Counted from the first letter of the stretch, positions 23,219 to 34,800 are shown. The stretch is DNA of 64,000 nucleotides from Paraspadella gotoi (GCA_051294375.1 CM119268.1:14648977-14712976), one strand, 5' to 3'. Numbers and translations: made by a program. Notes: generated from the letters alone by a model not told the origin.

Positions 23219-25263
23219 GTTTAGCCTCATGAAAGTTGAGAGGAAACGATTGAAATTTTTTTTTTTTTTTCGAAATGGTTTTAAAATTTTTTTTTTAAAA
23301 GATTGCTCAGAAAATACCCTTTAATGCTTTCTACTTAACCTAGAACTTTAATTGTCCTTATTTATCATCTATAATTAATAAATATCCCTCTTTAAAACGA
23401 TCTTGAGCGACGATGTTCTCGATCTCTTCCGTTCGTTTTCATCCCGGTCCCGATTGATCACGACTAAACGCGCTCAACTGGGGCAGGCAACGCATCTCGA
23501 AGGGGAGCATCCGACTCTGGGTCAAAGTCGAACAACCCCTGCCTCGCTCCCCCCTCAACTCGGTACGCACACTCTCTTCGTTCCCCCCGTCTCCCTATCC
23601 TTGCCCCTTCCCCCTCAAAATCGCCCGTCGGAAGCCAAAGAAAAGAATCAAAACATTTTTTTTTTAGTTCGATGCAAAACGATTCGGTCCACGTATCAAT
23701 CTCTAACCAGCGTCTTTCTGCCCATATGAGGAATTGGCAAAAGTATCTTAATAAAAGCGTTTGTAAATACATATAAAATAATCTAAAATAATGAAATCGG
23801 GTAAAATATTTGTTCCCTTTGATTTAATTTAGAGTGACAAATCGAAGTCGTCCTGAAATGGTAAATAATTTTTTTTTTGTCTCACAATTAAAGTTATAAG
23901 CTTAGAACCTTGTTTATTGAACAAAAAAATAATCTCTAGACTATAGATTATTTGAAACTAGATAGTTATATCACGAGAACATAAAAGAATAAAAAAAAAA
24001 TAAAACATTAAAAAAAGAATTAAAACGACGCGGTCCGAAATCCATCAGATGTGCAACCTTTTGATGGGTTATTCACTCGTTGCTACAACAATCCTTTTTT
24101 TATTTTTTTTTGTTGTTTTCGGAACGAGTTGAAATAAAAAAGGTTGCGAGTTTGAATGACGTGTAGGTTTATTTTCTTTGATGGTAGGTGTAAACATTCC
24201 TCAGGAATCTAATCGCGGAAATATTTAAAAAAAGAGAGAGAGAGACTCGGTTCTTATCTCCCCAGTTCTGTTTCTCTAAGATTAAAAAGGAAAAGAAGTT
24301 ATCTTTGGCTTCAGAAACCGTAATTTTTTTTTCTCTCCCTCTCTCCTTTTGAAAAGTACACGAATTCCTAGCAGTTAAAAAAATATTAGAAAGGAATTAG
24401 TTTCGATCTTATGACGCAGACAACATTTTATAATTCTGGATAAATGTTATTTTCGTTAGTTTTTGATACATCTATTTCAACGTACATATACAAATACAAA
24501 GATGACAATTGCTTAAGCGTTTTTCAACCCTAAGCTAACTGACCCCCGACACTTATCTTCGTCCAGCAGATGTTACACTCAGCAGCTTAACCATCAAATT
24601 TAAACGGCGGAAATCGAACCCCTCCCCCAGGATTTAAACGCACCTGTCCCAAGTCGATGGTCAAGTTGACCTTGTTGTACTTGAGCCCCCTGGACAGAGG
24701 CGGTGATTGCCACCATCTCTCCGAACCGTCGATGGCGTAGGCGGCCTGATGAGAGATGGTGGCGTTCCGGGGATCGCACTTGCAGCACAACTGACCCTGC
24801 AGCAGCATGCAACTGGGATCTTCGAACATGTGGGGCGTTTCGATGTTCTTGTTGGCGCCGACGAGGGTGCAGTAGGTGTCCGGTTCGGAGAGATCTTCCC
24901 CGCAGGTGGCGGTGGCGACGATATCGCGTCCTGCGCGGGGGTGGAGGGTGTGGCAGAGTGAGGGAGTCGGGGTTGGAGGGTGGAAGAGAGTAAAGGGTAG
25001 AAATATCATAATATTAATCATATTAAAGAGGGATTCTAACATCATCGAATCATTATCGCATCTCCAGCGACAGGCATCACGATGTTTTTATCCTCACCTT
25101 CCGCGAGATTGAAATTTGGTGGGTTGAGGACGTCGGCGCGGACGACGAGGGAGTTGGCGAGCGCTTGGAGGGCGAAAAGTGCTGCGGTGACGGTGGGGGC
25201 GAATTCGAGAAGCGTAGTCCGCATCCTGGAGGATTTCCGCCGATGGGCGAAGGCGCTTTTCAT
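606..25263 (-). CDS. LanA: Laminin subunit alpha, alpha3B/alpha5 (LanA) class; 5' portion, 25 exons, continues beyond left edge
   Basis: Manually spliced exons give: a signal peptide followed by [23 protein letters not shown]; an LN domain ([69 protein letters not shown]); a run of LE (EGF-like) repeats; and domain IVb ([31 protein letters not shown]), typical of alpha3B/5 chains. Junctions are GT-AG except the corrupted exon-12 acceptor. Several exons between 5474 and 13393 carry small indels. Confidence 0.96.
1313..1450 (+). CDS. P450 exon 1 (mitochondrial targeting peptide-like)
   Basis: [26 protein letters not shown]...SEPAK|gtattg. Confidence 0.8.
1313..4348 (+). CDS. Mitochondrial-clan cytochrome P450 (CYP27/CYP24/CYP11-like), complete, 8 exons, 536 aa
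   Basis: Exons 1313-1450, 1524-1661, 1963-2174, 2399-2549, 2630-2886, 3484-3801, 3874-4083 and 4162-4348 splice GT-AG in frame (1611 nt). Motifs: Arg/Ser-rich N-terminus with no TM helix (transit-peptide like), [15 protein letters not shown] (WxxxR), [16 protein letters not shown]-helix GGVDTT, KETLR (ExxR), FNPARW, heme motif [10 protein letters not shown]. Confidence 0.95.
1524..1661 (+). CDS. P450 exon 2
   Basis: cag|[21 protein letters not shown]...IHKTQ|gtacat. Confidence 0.85.
1963..2174 (+). CDS. P450 exon 3
   Basis: cag|IDVQQIG...IYDPE...PWIEYRK...EGEEWQKSR|gtcagt. Confidence 0.92.
2221..2360 (+). repeat. Dispersed repeat copy in P450 intron 3
   Basis: attgaaagctt...ccaatttcata is near-identical to 31719-31865 (one 8-bp indel plus scattered substitutions). 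Confidence 0.85.
2399..2549 (+). CDS. P450 exon 4
   Basis: aag|[16 protein letters not shown]...GRRIVE|gttcat. Confidence 0.88.
2630..2886 (+). CDS. P450 exon 5
   Basis: tag|[26 protein letters not shown]...[11 protein letters not shown]..|gtgaca. Confidence 0.94.
2915..3135 (-). mobile_element. Putative tRNA-derived SINE in P450 intron 5
   Basis: Minus-strand B box GGTTCAATCCC (3073-3063) with A-box-like TTGCTCAGCAG about 41 nt upstream; boundaries approximate. Confidence 0.4.
3484..3801 (+). CDS. P450 exon 6 (I and K helices)
   Basis: [28 protein letters not shown]...[14 protein letters not shown]|gtaagt. Confidence 0.95.
3874..4083 (+). CDS. P450 exon 7
   Basis: tag|[26 protein letters not shown]...FNPARW...[10 protein letters not shown]|gtacgg. 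Confidence 0.95.
4162..4348 (+). CDS. P450 exon 8 (heme Cys, stop)
   Basis: cag|[29 protein letters not shown]...VEFVPK*. Confidence 0.95.
4506..4670 (-). CDS. LanA: laminin alpha exon 24
   Basis: cag|[29 protein letters not shown]...LVRLDRQT|gtgagg. Confidence 0.88.
5316..5381 (-). CDS. LanA: laminin alpha exon 23
   Basis: tag|[22 protein letters not shown]|gttatc. Confidence 0.88.
5474..5726 (-). CDS. LanA: laminin alpha exon 22 (indels)
   Basis: [17 protein letters not shown]...[22 protein letters not shown]...LTGKPGTK|gtacgg read across frames. Confidence 0.82.
5830..5993 (-). mobile_element. Putative tRNA-derived SINE (tRNA-Gly-like head) in a laminin intron
   Basis: Minus strand ggccattggtgccggaggcaagtcattcgcctcccaacccaaaggtccggggttctagcccgg shows a degenerate A box, a Gly-like anticodon arm and a B-box-like GGTTCTAGCCC; GC-rich island in an AT-rich intron. 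Confidence 0.5.
6264..6379 (-). CDS. LanA: laminin alpha exon 21
   Basis: cag|[38 protein letters not shown]|gttgtc; phase consistent with neighbours. Confidence 0.82.
6459..6555 (-). CDS. LanA: laminin alpha exon 20
   Basis: cag|[32 protein letters not shown]|gtgagt. Confidence 0.88.
6836..6971 (-). CDS. LanA: laminin alpha exon 19 (domain IVb; indels)
   Basis: [10 protein letters not shown]...[13 protein letters not shown]|gttcct read across frames. Confidence 0.82.
7153..7307 (-). CDS. LanA: laminin alpha exon 18 (domain IVb)
   Basis: tag|[45 protein letters not shown]..|gtgatg. Confidence 0.85.
7433..7560 (-). CDS. LanA: laminin alpha exon 17 (domain IVb)
   Basis: [42 protein letters not shown]; the copy at 9326-9454 has the phase-correct 129 nt. 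Confidence 0.9.
7656..7866 (-). CDS. LanA: laminin alpha exon 16 (LE to domain IVb; indels)
   Basis: [15 protein letters not shown]...[29 protein letters not shown]... Confidence 0.88.
8029..8173 (-). CDS. LanA: laminin alpha exon 15 (LE)
   Basis: aag|[48 protein letters not shown]|gtaagt. Confidence 0.93.
8247..8338 (-). CDS. LanA: laminin alpha exon 14 (LE)
   Basis: cag|[31 protein letters not shown]|gtgaca. Confidence 0.93.
8438..8728 (-). CDS. LanA: laminin alpha exon 13 (LE; indels)
   Basis: [14 protein letters not shown]...[35 protein letters not shown]...FAGCGSV; duplicate at about 10611-10900. Confidence 0.88.
9916..10149. mobile_element. 234-bp GC-rich insertion with 4-bp ATGC target-site duplication
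   Basis: Empty site aagttATGCcaccaa at about 7974-7988; filled site aagttATGC[tcatggc...gccataa]ATGCcaccaa; 6/7 terminal inverted match; internal hairpins. Confidence 0.7.
11307..11441 (-). CDS. LanA: laminin alpha exon 12 (LE; indels, acceptor approximate)
   Basis: [37 protein letters not shown]|gtgggt read across frames; partial second copy at 9007-9043. Confidence 0.8.
11551..11743 (-). CDS. LanA: laminin alpha exon 11 (LE; indels)
   Basis: [39 protein letters not shown]...HPGICDK|gtaagt. Confidence 0.88.
12264..12357 (-). CDS. LanA: laminin alpha exon 10 (LE)
   Basis: cag|[31 protein letters not shown]|gtaagt. Confidence 0.93.
12677..12758 (-). CDS. LanA: laminin alpha exon 9 (LE)
   Basis: cag|[27 protein letters not shown]|gtcaga. 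Confidence 0.92.
12886..13021 (-). CDS. LanA: laminin alpha exon 8 (LE)
   Basis: [41 protein letters not shown]; indel near 3' end. Confidence 0.9.
13228..13393 (-). CDS. LanA: laminin alpha exon 7 (LE; internal compensating indels)
   Basis: [14 protein letters not shown]...[17 protein letters not shown]; the conserved [12 protein letters not shown] lies in a shifted frame. Confidence 0.9.
13616..13826 (-). CDS. LanA: laminin alpha exon 6 (LN end, LE1)
   Basis: cag|[23 protein letters not shown]...[10 protein letters not shown]...FSCE|gtgagt. Confidence 0.95.
14792..14962 (-). CDS. LanA: laminin alpha exon 5 (LN)
   Basis: cag|[41 protein letters not shown]...DPSVTRR|gtgagt. Confidence 0.95.
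16122..16251 (-). CDS. LanA: laminin alpha exon 4 (LN)
   Basis: cag|[43 protein letters not shown]|gtcagt. Confidence 0.95.
16837..16943 (-). CDS. LanA: laminin alpha exon 3 (LN)
   Basis: tag|[36 protein letters not shown]|gtaagt. Confidence 0.95.
24644..24930 (-). CDS. LanA: laminin alpha exon 2 (LN domain)
   Basis: cag|..[25 protein letters not shown]...[18 protein letters not shown]...DLGQ|gtgcgt; phase 1 to 0. Confidence 0.95.
25098..25263 (-). CDS. LanA: laminin alpha exon 1 (signal peptide)
   Basis: MKSAF...[43 protein letters not shown]|gtgag; alternative in-frame ATG at 25224. Confidence 0.85.
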
Positions 25264-26866
25264 GTCGTTAGTTTATGTTTTAATTTAAGAGATCACACAA
25301 TGAACTTGAAATGAAAAATAAGGATGAAGATAGAAAATTCGAACAAGAATCGAAGATTAATTAATTCACACGAAATAGAAAGGGGCGAACGTAGAAAAGT
25401 AATACAAAAAAGTAAAGCGCTTAAAACATTTTTCACATTTTGAAAAAAAAAATTGACTTTTTAGATTTGAAAAGAAAAAAAAATTAAAAAAACCGATTCG
25501 TTGAAAGCATATTTAAAAAGTTCGTTCATATCCATTTCTTCGTTTCCGTTTCGAGAAAGACGACAAAAAAATAATCTCGGAGCTCCGGTTCGCTTCTTCC
25601 CTTTCTCCAGAAGCGGCTCCCCCCAAAAAAACAGAGAAACCGCGAATGGGAGAGAGAAACAGAGAAAACAAGACTTCGGCGAATCGAAACTTTTTCCTCT
25701 TCTTCTTCCTTCGCCGCAAATCGATCGATATTCATCCGCGAAAGACTCAACGCTTCACCGCCTCCTAAACGCAGGCGCAGTGAAAAGTAGAGCCTCCGAG
25801 ATTTTAGTTTGTATGCAATTTTCGTTTTATTGTAGTTCTTTCACCCTATTTTTTTTCTTTACCGCTACCCTCGTGCGAATGACTGTAAAAATTTTTAAAA
25901 AAGGCTTTCTGTTTTGATCATATTTTTTTAAATAAATAAATCCAACGAAACGGAGATATTCCATTCAGATTATTTCCAGCTTTAACTGCGTCCCCACTCG
26001 TCCTTGCTCTTTTTTTTGTTTTCTTCTCCCTCGCCCTTCCCCCGCCCCCTTACTTTTCCCCCCTGCCTTTCTGGCGGACATACAAACACTCTTGTTTGTT
26101 CGCGAGAAACAACGACGAAAGTAATTCGGAGGGGGTGTCACGTCTGGGGGTGTCACGCTCGGAAGTGGTGCCACGGTGGGGGGGGAAGGAAATGTCACGC
26201 CGGGTGGAAATGGGGGGAGAGGAAGAGGTGAGCGAAAAAGGGGGTGACGTGAGGATCGAGGGTTAAGCGAAAGGAAATCCTTTTAGATGGAAAGTCACGA
26301 GGGGTTTTAAGGCTTTTGAGTCCCCTTTTTCTTAGGGGGGGCGGAAGAAAAAATGCAACCAGCGATTTTAACCCGAGGGAACAAAAAAACTCCTTAACTG
26401 AAACGTAAACCTGAGAGATGGCATAACAAAATTTAACACGTAGAACAAATCACCAGTCTCTTTAGATATTATTTAATGTGTGAAAAGTGTCACTCGTGTT
26501 ATAGTATAATGAATGGATGATATAAAACAATTAACGAAAGTAACTATCAGTAAACTAAATTAGAACAAATAATACATAACTTGACCGGTCAGTATTAAAT
26601 ACACTCATACTTGCTATATTACGTTACATTCTGTGAATAGTCCCGCCTCATTTCTCACTTCCACCGACTCGATAACGTCGTTTTTTCTCACATCATCCGC
26701 GCCGACTCACTCTCTCTCTCCGCAGACAAGAAAGTGAGCGAGCCGTCTCCGACTCCCGACCCGGCTCGACTCCTTTTATGTTCCGACGAATTACTCGAGA
26801 TGGACGCAAAAACTCGACGCAGAATCATAAAGTATTTTATGATCAGAACCCATTAGACGCTCGTGT

Positions 26867-26946
<80 letters not shown>

Positions 26947-27229
26947 CTTCTTTTTTCCCTTTCTCCTTCTTTCTCTCCTCACTCCTGTTTCTCTCTGTCT
27001 CTGTCGCTTTCATTCTTTCTTCCTATCTCGCTCTGTCGGCTCTCTTCCTATCTTATTAGTTATATAAATTGTATATTGTGCAGCAAGACTATGAAGCTGC
27101 CTCAATATAGTATAGTATTCTTTCTCTCTGTCTCTCTGTGTTCTCGATTGTACTGTCTCTTTCTCAGTTTCGATTCTGTCAGTCTAGTCTCTGGTAAAAA
27201 TACAGAAAAACTTTAGAAAACGAAAGAAA

Positions 27230-28010
27230 AAATTACAAATGAACCAATTCGGAATTAACACAATGTCCTCAAATGAAGTTATGAAACAAATAGAGACATC
27301 TGTTCTTATCGAAACTTCATGAAAATTAATTGTTACTTGGTTTGCTTACAAACTCTGAAACATGGACACTGAAACAAAAGAACAAGAAGATCTAGAACAA
27401 ATAGAAATACAAGCAATCAAACATATTTTCACTCCCATTTCAATACCAACCACCAGCGATAATTTACAGCTCGGTCTTGTACACCAACTTGCCGAGTTCA
27501 TCTCAAAACAATTGCTTTTATCTCCATAAAATTTCTTAAACCCAAAAATCAAACACATTGGACCTTACAACTTTTTAATCTGTTAGATGAAATAACATTG
27601 ATGGACCAAAAATATTAAAGAAAAACTTACGTTAAATATAAATTAACCACTGATTTCAACTCAATTAAAAATAATCAAAAAATCAATGGAAAATCGAAAG
27701 TCAAAAAAGAGGATAGTCAAAAAAATTAATAAACAAAAATTTACTAGATGAAACGAACTTCCGAGCCACTCTAAAGACGGAGAAATAGAAACAGAAAGAT
27801 ATGAAGTATCAAAAAGTAAGCTTAAATATTTCTACTATAATCACTCTTGCGTACTCAACCGGTCAACAAACTCACAGACATAAACAAAAAAAATCTTTTT
27901 AGAACCTATATGAGCATTAGTTCAACACTGCTATATTGTGCACACATATCCAGCACATATCGATCATATTTGAAAATAAATAGCCAGTTAGAGAGACGTC
28001 TCAGGGATTT
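27230..28010 (+). mobile_element. Decayed non-LTR retrotransposon (LINE) ORF2 fragment, post-RT region
   Basis: Frameshifted translation LTNSETWTLKQK / EQEDLEQIEIQAIKHIF / HLKQLLYLHKI / HWTLQLFNLLDE / QWKIEVKKRI resembles the NSETWTL..LE.IE..A.K..F region that follows RT in invertebrate LINEs; many stops and indels. Confidence 0.6.
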
Positions 28011-30838
28011 CGTGGAAACGATATATTAATAAAATGAGAGATGAGACGTGTGGACGAAAAAAGCTGAGTATGAGGGAAAAGGATCTTTAAAAGAAAAATC
28101 TGGAGTGAAGAGACCAATGTAACACGTTTCGGGAATGATGGGAGAAGAACCACGGCGTCTAATTATTGTCGCGGTTTAAATGGAAAAACATAAACTTTCT
28201 GAAGAGAACGACGACGCGAGAGCATAAAGAAGAATACGGAATGAAGATTGCAAGAGATGAGAAATTTATTTCTAAAAGATACGATTTCAAAGAACACTAT
28301 TTGAAAATAATTGAGAGAGGTGTTAACATTTGATAAAGATAGATGAAGTAGGAAGATGTAAAAGTGGAGGATAATGTGGAGAACGAGGATGTGCCTCAGT
28401 CATGCAGGTGTAAGATTATCTGTATATAAAAATTTTCTTTTTAATTACCATTTCCTCGTTTATTTTCATTTTTAATGCGTCGTGAGGTATCTCTTTTCCA
28501 TACGTGCTGATGAGATATCTCACGTTGTTTGAATATTTGGTTAAATTATCGCACCGTTGATAAATAATTAATTGCTTATGACTCGCAGTGCAAGATTTTT
28601 TTATCCTGAATAGCTTGACTGAGATTTCTCTTACAGAATGTCACTGTAATCCGTCAAAAGCCTAGAATTTGTAACTAATTGGTAGCCTTAATTTGTGATG
28701 AAGATCCATCTTAATGAGCAAGCCAAAAATCAAATCAATCAAGAATCGTCTCATACATCTCTCTCCTCTCTCTCTCTCTCTGCTCTCTCTCTCTCTCTCT
28801 CTCTTCTTCTCTCTCTCTCTCATCTCAACGATGACCCATCGAGTTACGACAGCGTTTCATTTCCAAAACTTACCTTTATGGGCAAGACGAGAAAAATTAC
28901 ACCCAAAGAGAGCAAGGTATAATGAACGATAAGATGCAGAAAGAAAAGAATAGTAACAAACACAATAACTAAAACTGTGATACGAAGAGTCGGTCTGTCA
29001 ATTGTGTCTCTCGGATTAAGTAAAGGTTGGAAAAGACGTAAAAAATGGAGGAGCTGTCAGTGAAGCGAGTTCAATTCTGCAAAATTTTTCTTACATCAAA
29101 ATGAAGATTGAACAAACAGTACTAATGGAACATTCAAATTCTTAGCCAAAAATTTTAAATTAAATTTTTATCAAAATTTCTAAAAATTTATTCATTGAAC
29201 ATCAATGTACTAATGGAACAGTTAAAGTATTTATGTATGTATTTATTCTATTATTAAACTTCGTATTTGAATTTGAATATAGACCAAGACCCCAATTAAA
29301 ACCGAATGAATAATTAATTTTGAGTTGCGCCGCGACTACTCGCGGAGCAAAACTATAAGTCACTTTTCGGTCGGTCGCTCTGTCTCGGCACTGTCCCTGT
29401 GACGTCATTCTCTAAAACATAGATATAATTTGCCTATAGTTGGTTGCTCATTTGTTAAGAAGGAAAAAAACTTTAAATCTAAGGGACTGCTAGTGGGGCC
29501 TTCAGGAATTCCTAAAATTATCAGGAATAAAAGACGGAATTTTGATTGAGTGCATGTAATAAATATACGGGCAAAGAAAGTTCTTTAGTCATGTCATGTC
29601 ATGTCATATGATGAAATACACGTGAAAATAAAGTCACTGCGGCGCAACACATTGGAACATATTAACTCATACTCATAAGAATGGTGTTGTTCAATATTCA
29701 CTTATATAAATTTTTTTTCCGCAACTTATACTACGCTCAATTTATCACTGATCACTGATCACAATCTGTAATATCAGTCGGAGAAAATATCATTGCTAAA
29801 TGAGGCCTAAACGTATTATTTATTGAAAAATAACTTTCCTAGCATAAGTAAACAAGTGGAAGGGGAGATCAATTAATGTATAGTACTTAGTATTATTTTT
29901 TTTTCTACTTTCTCGTGGATTGATGCGATTGAGAACAATCACCATTGAGATTCCTTTATTGAAATTTGAATGTTTATGTTATCAGTTTTATCCGCTTTGA
30001 TTTTAAATTTAGTCTGTGAAAAAAGGCTTTCTTTTTCAAAAGCTCCCACTACTTTTTCTCCATACTTGGAACACAATTTTCACTATCATATTTAACCCAG
30101 ATATTTTACCAAACCCAATTGTTTTTAAAAAATGACTGCACGTCGTCCCTAAAAAAAACGTCATGAGTATTTTTTAAAGCTGAAAAAAAAAACCGTATCA
30201 GTAAAAGCATACTACATGCTGAAAAAAAAAATACCGTACCAGTAAAAGCATACTACGTACTTCAAGCTTTTTCTTGTGATTTTCGACCAGATTCTGATCG
30301 TCTCTTGTACATGAATAAATTTTTCGTATGTTTAGATAATTTACAGTGGTCACCTATTTTTTTGTCCATGTCTATATGCGAACCCTTTTTGAACAAAAGA
30401 TAAAATCATAGAAGAAGGCCGCTGGGTGGCAGCAGTAGGTAGAGCTCAATCTCTCAGAAAATTTTTAACAAAAGGCGTTGAACTTGAAGATAGCAAGACG
30501 GGTGTCCTTATTACTATCTTTGGTATAAGTAAATTAAATACAAGCTTGCTCGTACAAATTATGGTCCACCTTTTTCTCCAGTCAAACATTATTACGAATT
30601 ATTGGAAAAATTAAGTGAAGGTTTTAATTCGAAGCTACGAGAGGGTAACATCATTTTGAGTTTTTCTAAAAATAGTAACGAGAGGAACAAAGCTTTCAAG
30701 TATAAATGTAAAACATTTCCTTCGCGAAATTGACAAATAAAAATCTTAAAATGAAATCACAAAAAAAAACGAGAAAAATCAAAAAGAATAAAAGATCGTG
30801 AAAAAGAAAGAGAGATCGAAACTAAAGAAAAAAAATAT

Positions 30839-30839
<1 letters not shown>

Positions 30840-30921
<82 letters not shown>
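30840..30921. repeat. (AAAG)n microsatellite
   Basis: Perfect tetranucleotide run; similar runs at about 37070-37140 and 56420-56507. Confidence 0.95.
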
Positions 30922-31718
30922 AAAGAACGCAAGAAAGGAACGCAAGTAAGAAGAAAGAAAGAAAAAAAGAAATATAAAAAGAAGTAAGAAAAAAAAAGAA
31001 AAAGAAAAGACAAACCCGAAGCGGCCTACATTTTCTCTTTTTTAAGTAAATCCCCGCCTCCCGTCGTCGTTGGCGAAGATTCACGACTCGAGACTCAAAA
31101 ACTTTTTATCTTAATCCTTTTTCGAGATTTCAATGAAAAGAAAAAAGGGGAAAAAAAAGGAAAGAAAAAAAAAGGAAAGCGAACCACCTGCAAAAATCTT
31201 CGATCCTAAATCCCAGTCCTGGGGATAAAATCTCTTTTTTTTTTACCCCAAAAGCGGTGGAAGCGATCGATCCTCAGGTTCCTCCTCCAGCATCACATTT
31301 TTAAATCTCTCAGGGAGGAATTACTTCTTTTTTATTTTAGAAATTTAGTTTTAGAAACGAAGAGAATCACAGGGATTGGACATTTGATACGGATCAAGTT
31401 GGGAACCGGTCACTAGGACCAGGTAACTATAGATATATACAACAACTTCTTTCGGAACCTTCTACTGATCTTTTCTTTTGAAACTCAGGCTTTTGTTTAT
31501 TGTTTGCTTTTTGTCTTCTTTGACGTAAATGATGAAAATGTCTTTGCTAAATCCAAAAAAATATATATATAATTATTATATAATTTATCAATATTTTATG
31601 TATTATAAGGGAGTGGTCTTTTCATACAATTGAAACATTCTTTGAAATATTTTCCAATTCATTGATAGGGAAGCCAGGTACTCTGGGAGTGAATAAACGA
31701 GACTGTGAGAGAGTCTTG

Positions 31719-31865
31719 ATTGAAAGCTTGCGGGGACCTGCTATGTCATTATCTTGTAAGAGTGATGGAGGCCTTAAACCACCAAAGCCTGTCCAAAGTC
31801 AGGGGCAAGATAGCTTATTTATTAAATGAATGGATAATTTTTATATTGGTTGTACCAATTTCATA
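31719..31865 (+). repeat. Dispersed repeat copy (also duplicated near 41135-41280)
   Basis: Matches 2221-2360 and shares the same 3' end. Confidence 0.85.
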
Positions 31866-34800
31866 ATATTGTGTGAAGACTTATTTTTGGTAACATCTTA
31901 ATATATTATATCATATACGTAAAAAAATGAATAATAATAATTGTTTTGGGTATTTGCTCCGACCGAAGATACATTTGGTCCCAAACGTAGTACCAAAAAA
32001 AAAAAAAAAATACCCGAGACAGCATAGTAGTACGAATGTCCGTCTTACATATATCGTAATTCAATCTGAAAAGCTGTTAAAAGCAAAACAATGGAGCCTC
32101 GCCGCGACCATCCATCTTCGAACTTCCTTTAAAAAAAGAAAAGTTGGCGAGTCATAAATCGAAATTAAAGTTCACACGACTTAGACTCGGCTTCTATTCT
32201 AACTTAGAGAGTCTACCTATATATTAAATGAGATAAAAAAGGAGGACCACCTCCGACGAAGTCTCGAGATGGCGAAATCGAGAAAGAGAGAGAAAAAGAA
32301 AATGTTGAGAGTGAAAAGAGTGACGTCAGTGGGATTCCGCTTTTAATCCCGAAAGCATTGAGTCCAGTCACATCGGAGGCGGGCGAAGCGAAAGCGAAAC
32401 TGGGACGAGAGAGGGAAGAGAGAAAAAGAAAAAAAGAAAGAAAGAGAAGAAAGTTCTTCTTTTATTCTTTTATCTTTTTAGACTCGATAATCGATGTTAA
32501 TAATCTTTTTTTTTTTTTAGCGGTCAAGACGATCGATCGGTCATTAGGTCTTCATCGTAACACGTGACTTATTTTGGGATTGTTAGTAGTACCTATGTGT
32601 GATTGTTCTTTTAATTAAAACTAAAGTTTTAACGAATTAACGGTCGGACAGACGGAGCAAGTTACAGACGGATGTACGGACTCGTAAAGGGACGGACGGA
32701 GGAAGGGGTCATCGATGGGAAGATCGGTCACGTTTCGTCATCCGACGCGGCGAAGATTTGAGCGACGCCATCTGCACGTGAATCGGAGTTGAGTGAGAAG
32801 TCGGTCCTTCATTGCCATTGGAAATAGAAGAAATAACCGGCAATTGTGTCTTAAATTATAATTAGATAAGTTCTATGTTAGAGAATATTACTAATATTTT
32901 GACTTAAAATCTAGAAAATTAAGATGGTGAAACGATTAATTTTGTATTTTTCATTTTAACTTTGCAACTGTAGAGTTGAAATATTGTATCATAAAGTTTT
33001 GCAAACAACAATTTGAATTTATTTACATGTACATACACCATACAAAACATCATATCGAATACATTTTAATTGCTTTAATTTTATTTTTTACTTTCGAGTT
33101 TCTCGTTTTTTAAAATTTTTATTGACGAGTCTCAGTTTTAAAAAAAATATCCTACTCCTCGCAACGTGAAATACGTGAGTCTCAACATTCGACGGCCGAC
33201 GATGAATTTCTGCGGCGGACGAAGACGACGACGATGCAGACGACGACGATGATGACGATGACGACGACGACGTCTCTCTCCGCCTCCTCAAAGAATCGGC
33301 CGGCGAAAACGACGTCGCCAGCGACGAAGAGAACGACGACAGAAGAACGGCGACGCGACGACGACGACGGAGACGTCAAGAGCGACGATGGAGAAAACTA
33401 AACGAGACGACGACGACAGCGACGATGAGAGAAACGACGAAAGACTCGAGGACGCCGCGACGACGACGGGAACGACGACAACGACGACGAGGCGAAAACG
33501 ACGCCGCGACGACGACGGCGACGACGAGACGAACGACGAAGGCGACGATCGTCGATTTTCGAAACGACGAAGAGAAAATATGAAGGAGAAAGAATCGAAC
33601 GGAAAAAAAATGAAAAGGAAATTAAAACAAAAAGGCNNNNNNNNNNNNNNNNNNNNNNNNNNNNNNNNNNNNNNNNNNNNNNNNNNNNNNNNNNNNNNNN
33701 NNNNNNNNNNNNNNNNNNNNNNNNNNNNNNNNNNNNNNNNNNNNNNNNNNNNNNNNNNNNNNNNNNNNNNNNNNNNNNNNNNNNNNNNNNNCTCCATCGA
33801 TTTTTTTTCTCGCTTGATCGCATCCCGACTTCCTCACTCTCGACTTTTCGCTCCGGATCTGACTTCCTGCGTCGGACCGAATCTTCCACCTTCGTTCTTC
33901 CTTATCAAATCCTCCTTTCACTCATCATATAAACCCCAAATTTTTCTCTTAACTTCATCTATTTCTAGTCTCATTATTTGTTTTTCTAGTTTTTTTCCCA
34001 TCAGAATTACGATTTCTCGACGCTTCTATTCAGTCTCTCTTCATTCCCTTCTGTTCTAATCATTCCCTGCGGCGTCATTTTTAACTTACCTGCCTCTGAG
34101 TTTTCTTTGATCCGTCAATCGATCAATCAATCAATAAAAAAATTAATCAATTATTTCAATTTTTAATCGAATATTCAGTTAATCCAAGCAATTCGTTCAA
34201 ACTATTTATAGATTAGTGAACGATCAAAGCAATCAATCAATCAAGCAATCAAACAACCAATCAATCAACCAATCCATCAATCAATCGTTCTTTCCTCACT
34301 TTTTTCCATTTCTCTTTCTCCCGTTCTCCATCTCATTTCTTTTTTTCCTTTCCTCCCCCCCTCCCTCTCCTTCTTCTCCTACTCACCCATTCCCCCCTCC
34401 TCCTTCCCCCCCTTCGTTCTCTAGATGAGATGTGCTCTTTTCGCCTCGAAGTCACGTTCGGCGTCCGACTTGACGTCTTATCACCGCGCGACGACGACGA
34501 CGACGACGACGACAACGACGACGCTCAAAGACGACGACGTACATTGAAAGACGACGAGGGCTGAAGACGACGACAGCGAAAACGACGACGACGACGCCGA
34601 AAACGAAAGAGAGTTGACCCTTGTCCTAAGTTCCTCGGCCTATCTCGCGCGTCTCTTCTCTCTCTCTCTCTCTCTCTCCTCTCTCTTCTCTCTCTCTACT
34701 CTCTCTTCTCTCTCTGTTGTCTTGCGAGCTCGTACCGCTCCTCTGTGACATCTGCCCGTTAGGGCACCGTCAACTGCCATGCAAGTGGGAAGTGCCACGC

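Noticed and set aside
28507-28530. CTGATGA motifs as hammerhead ribozyme cores (also near 5995, 50519, 51160, 57070)
   Set aside because: No correctly placed stem II plus GAAA and cleavage triplet could be built
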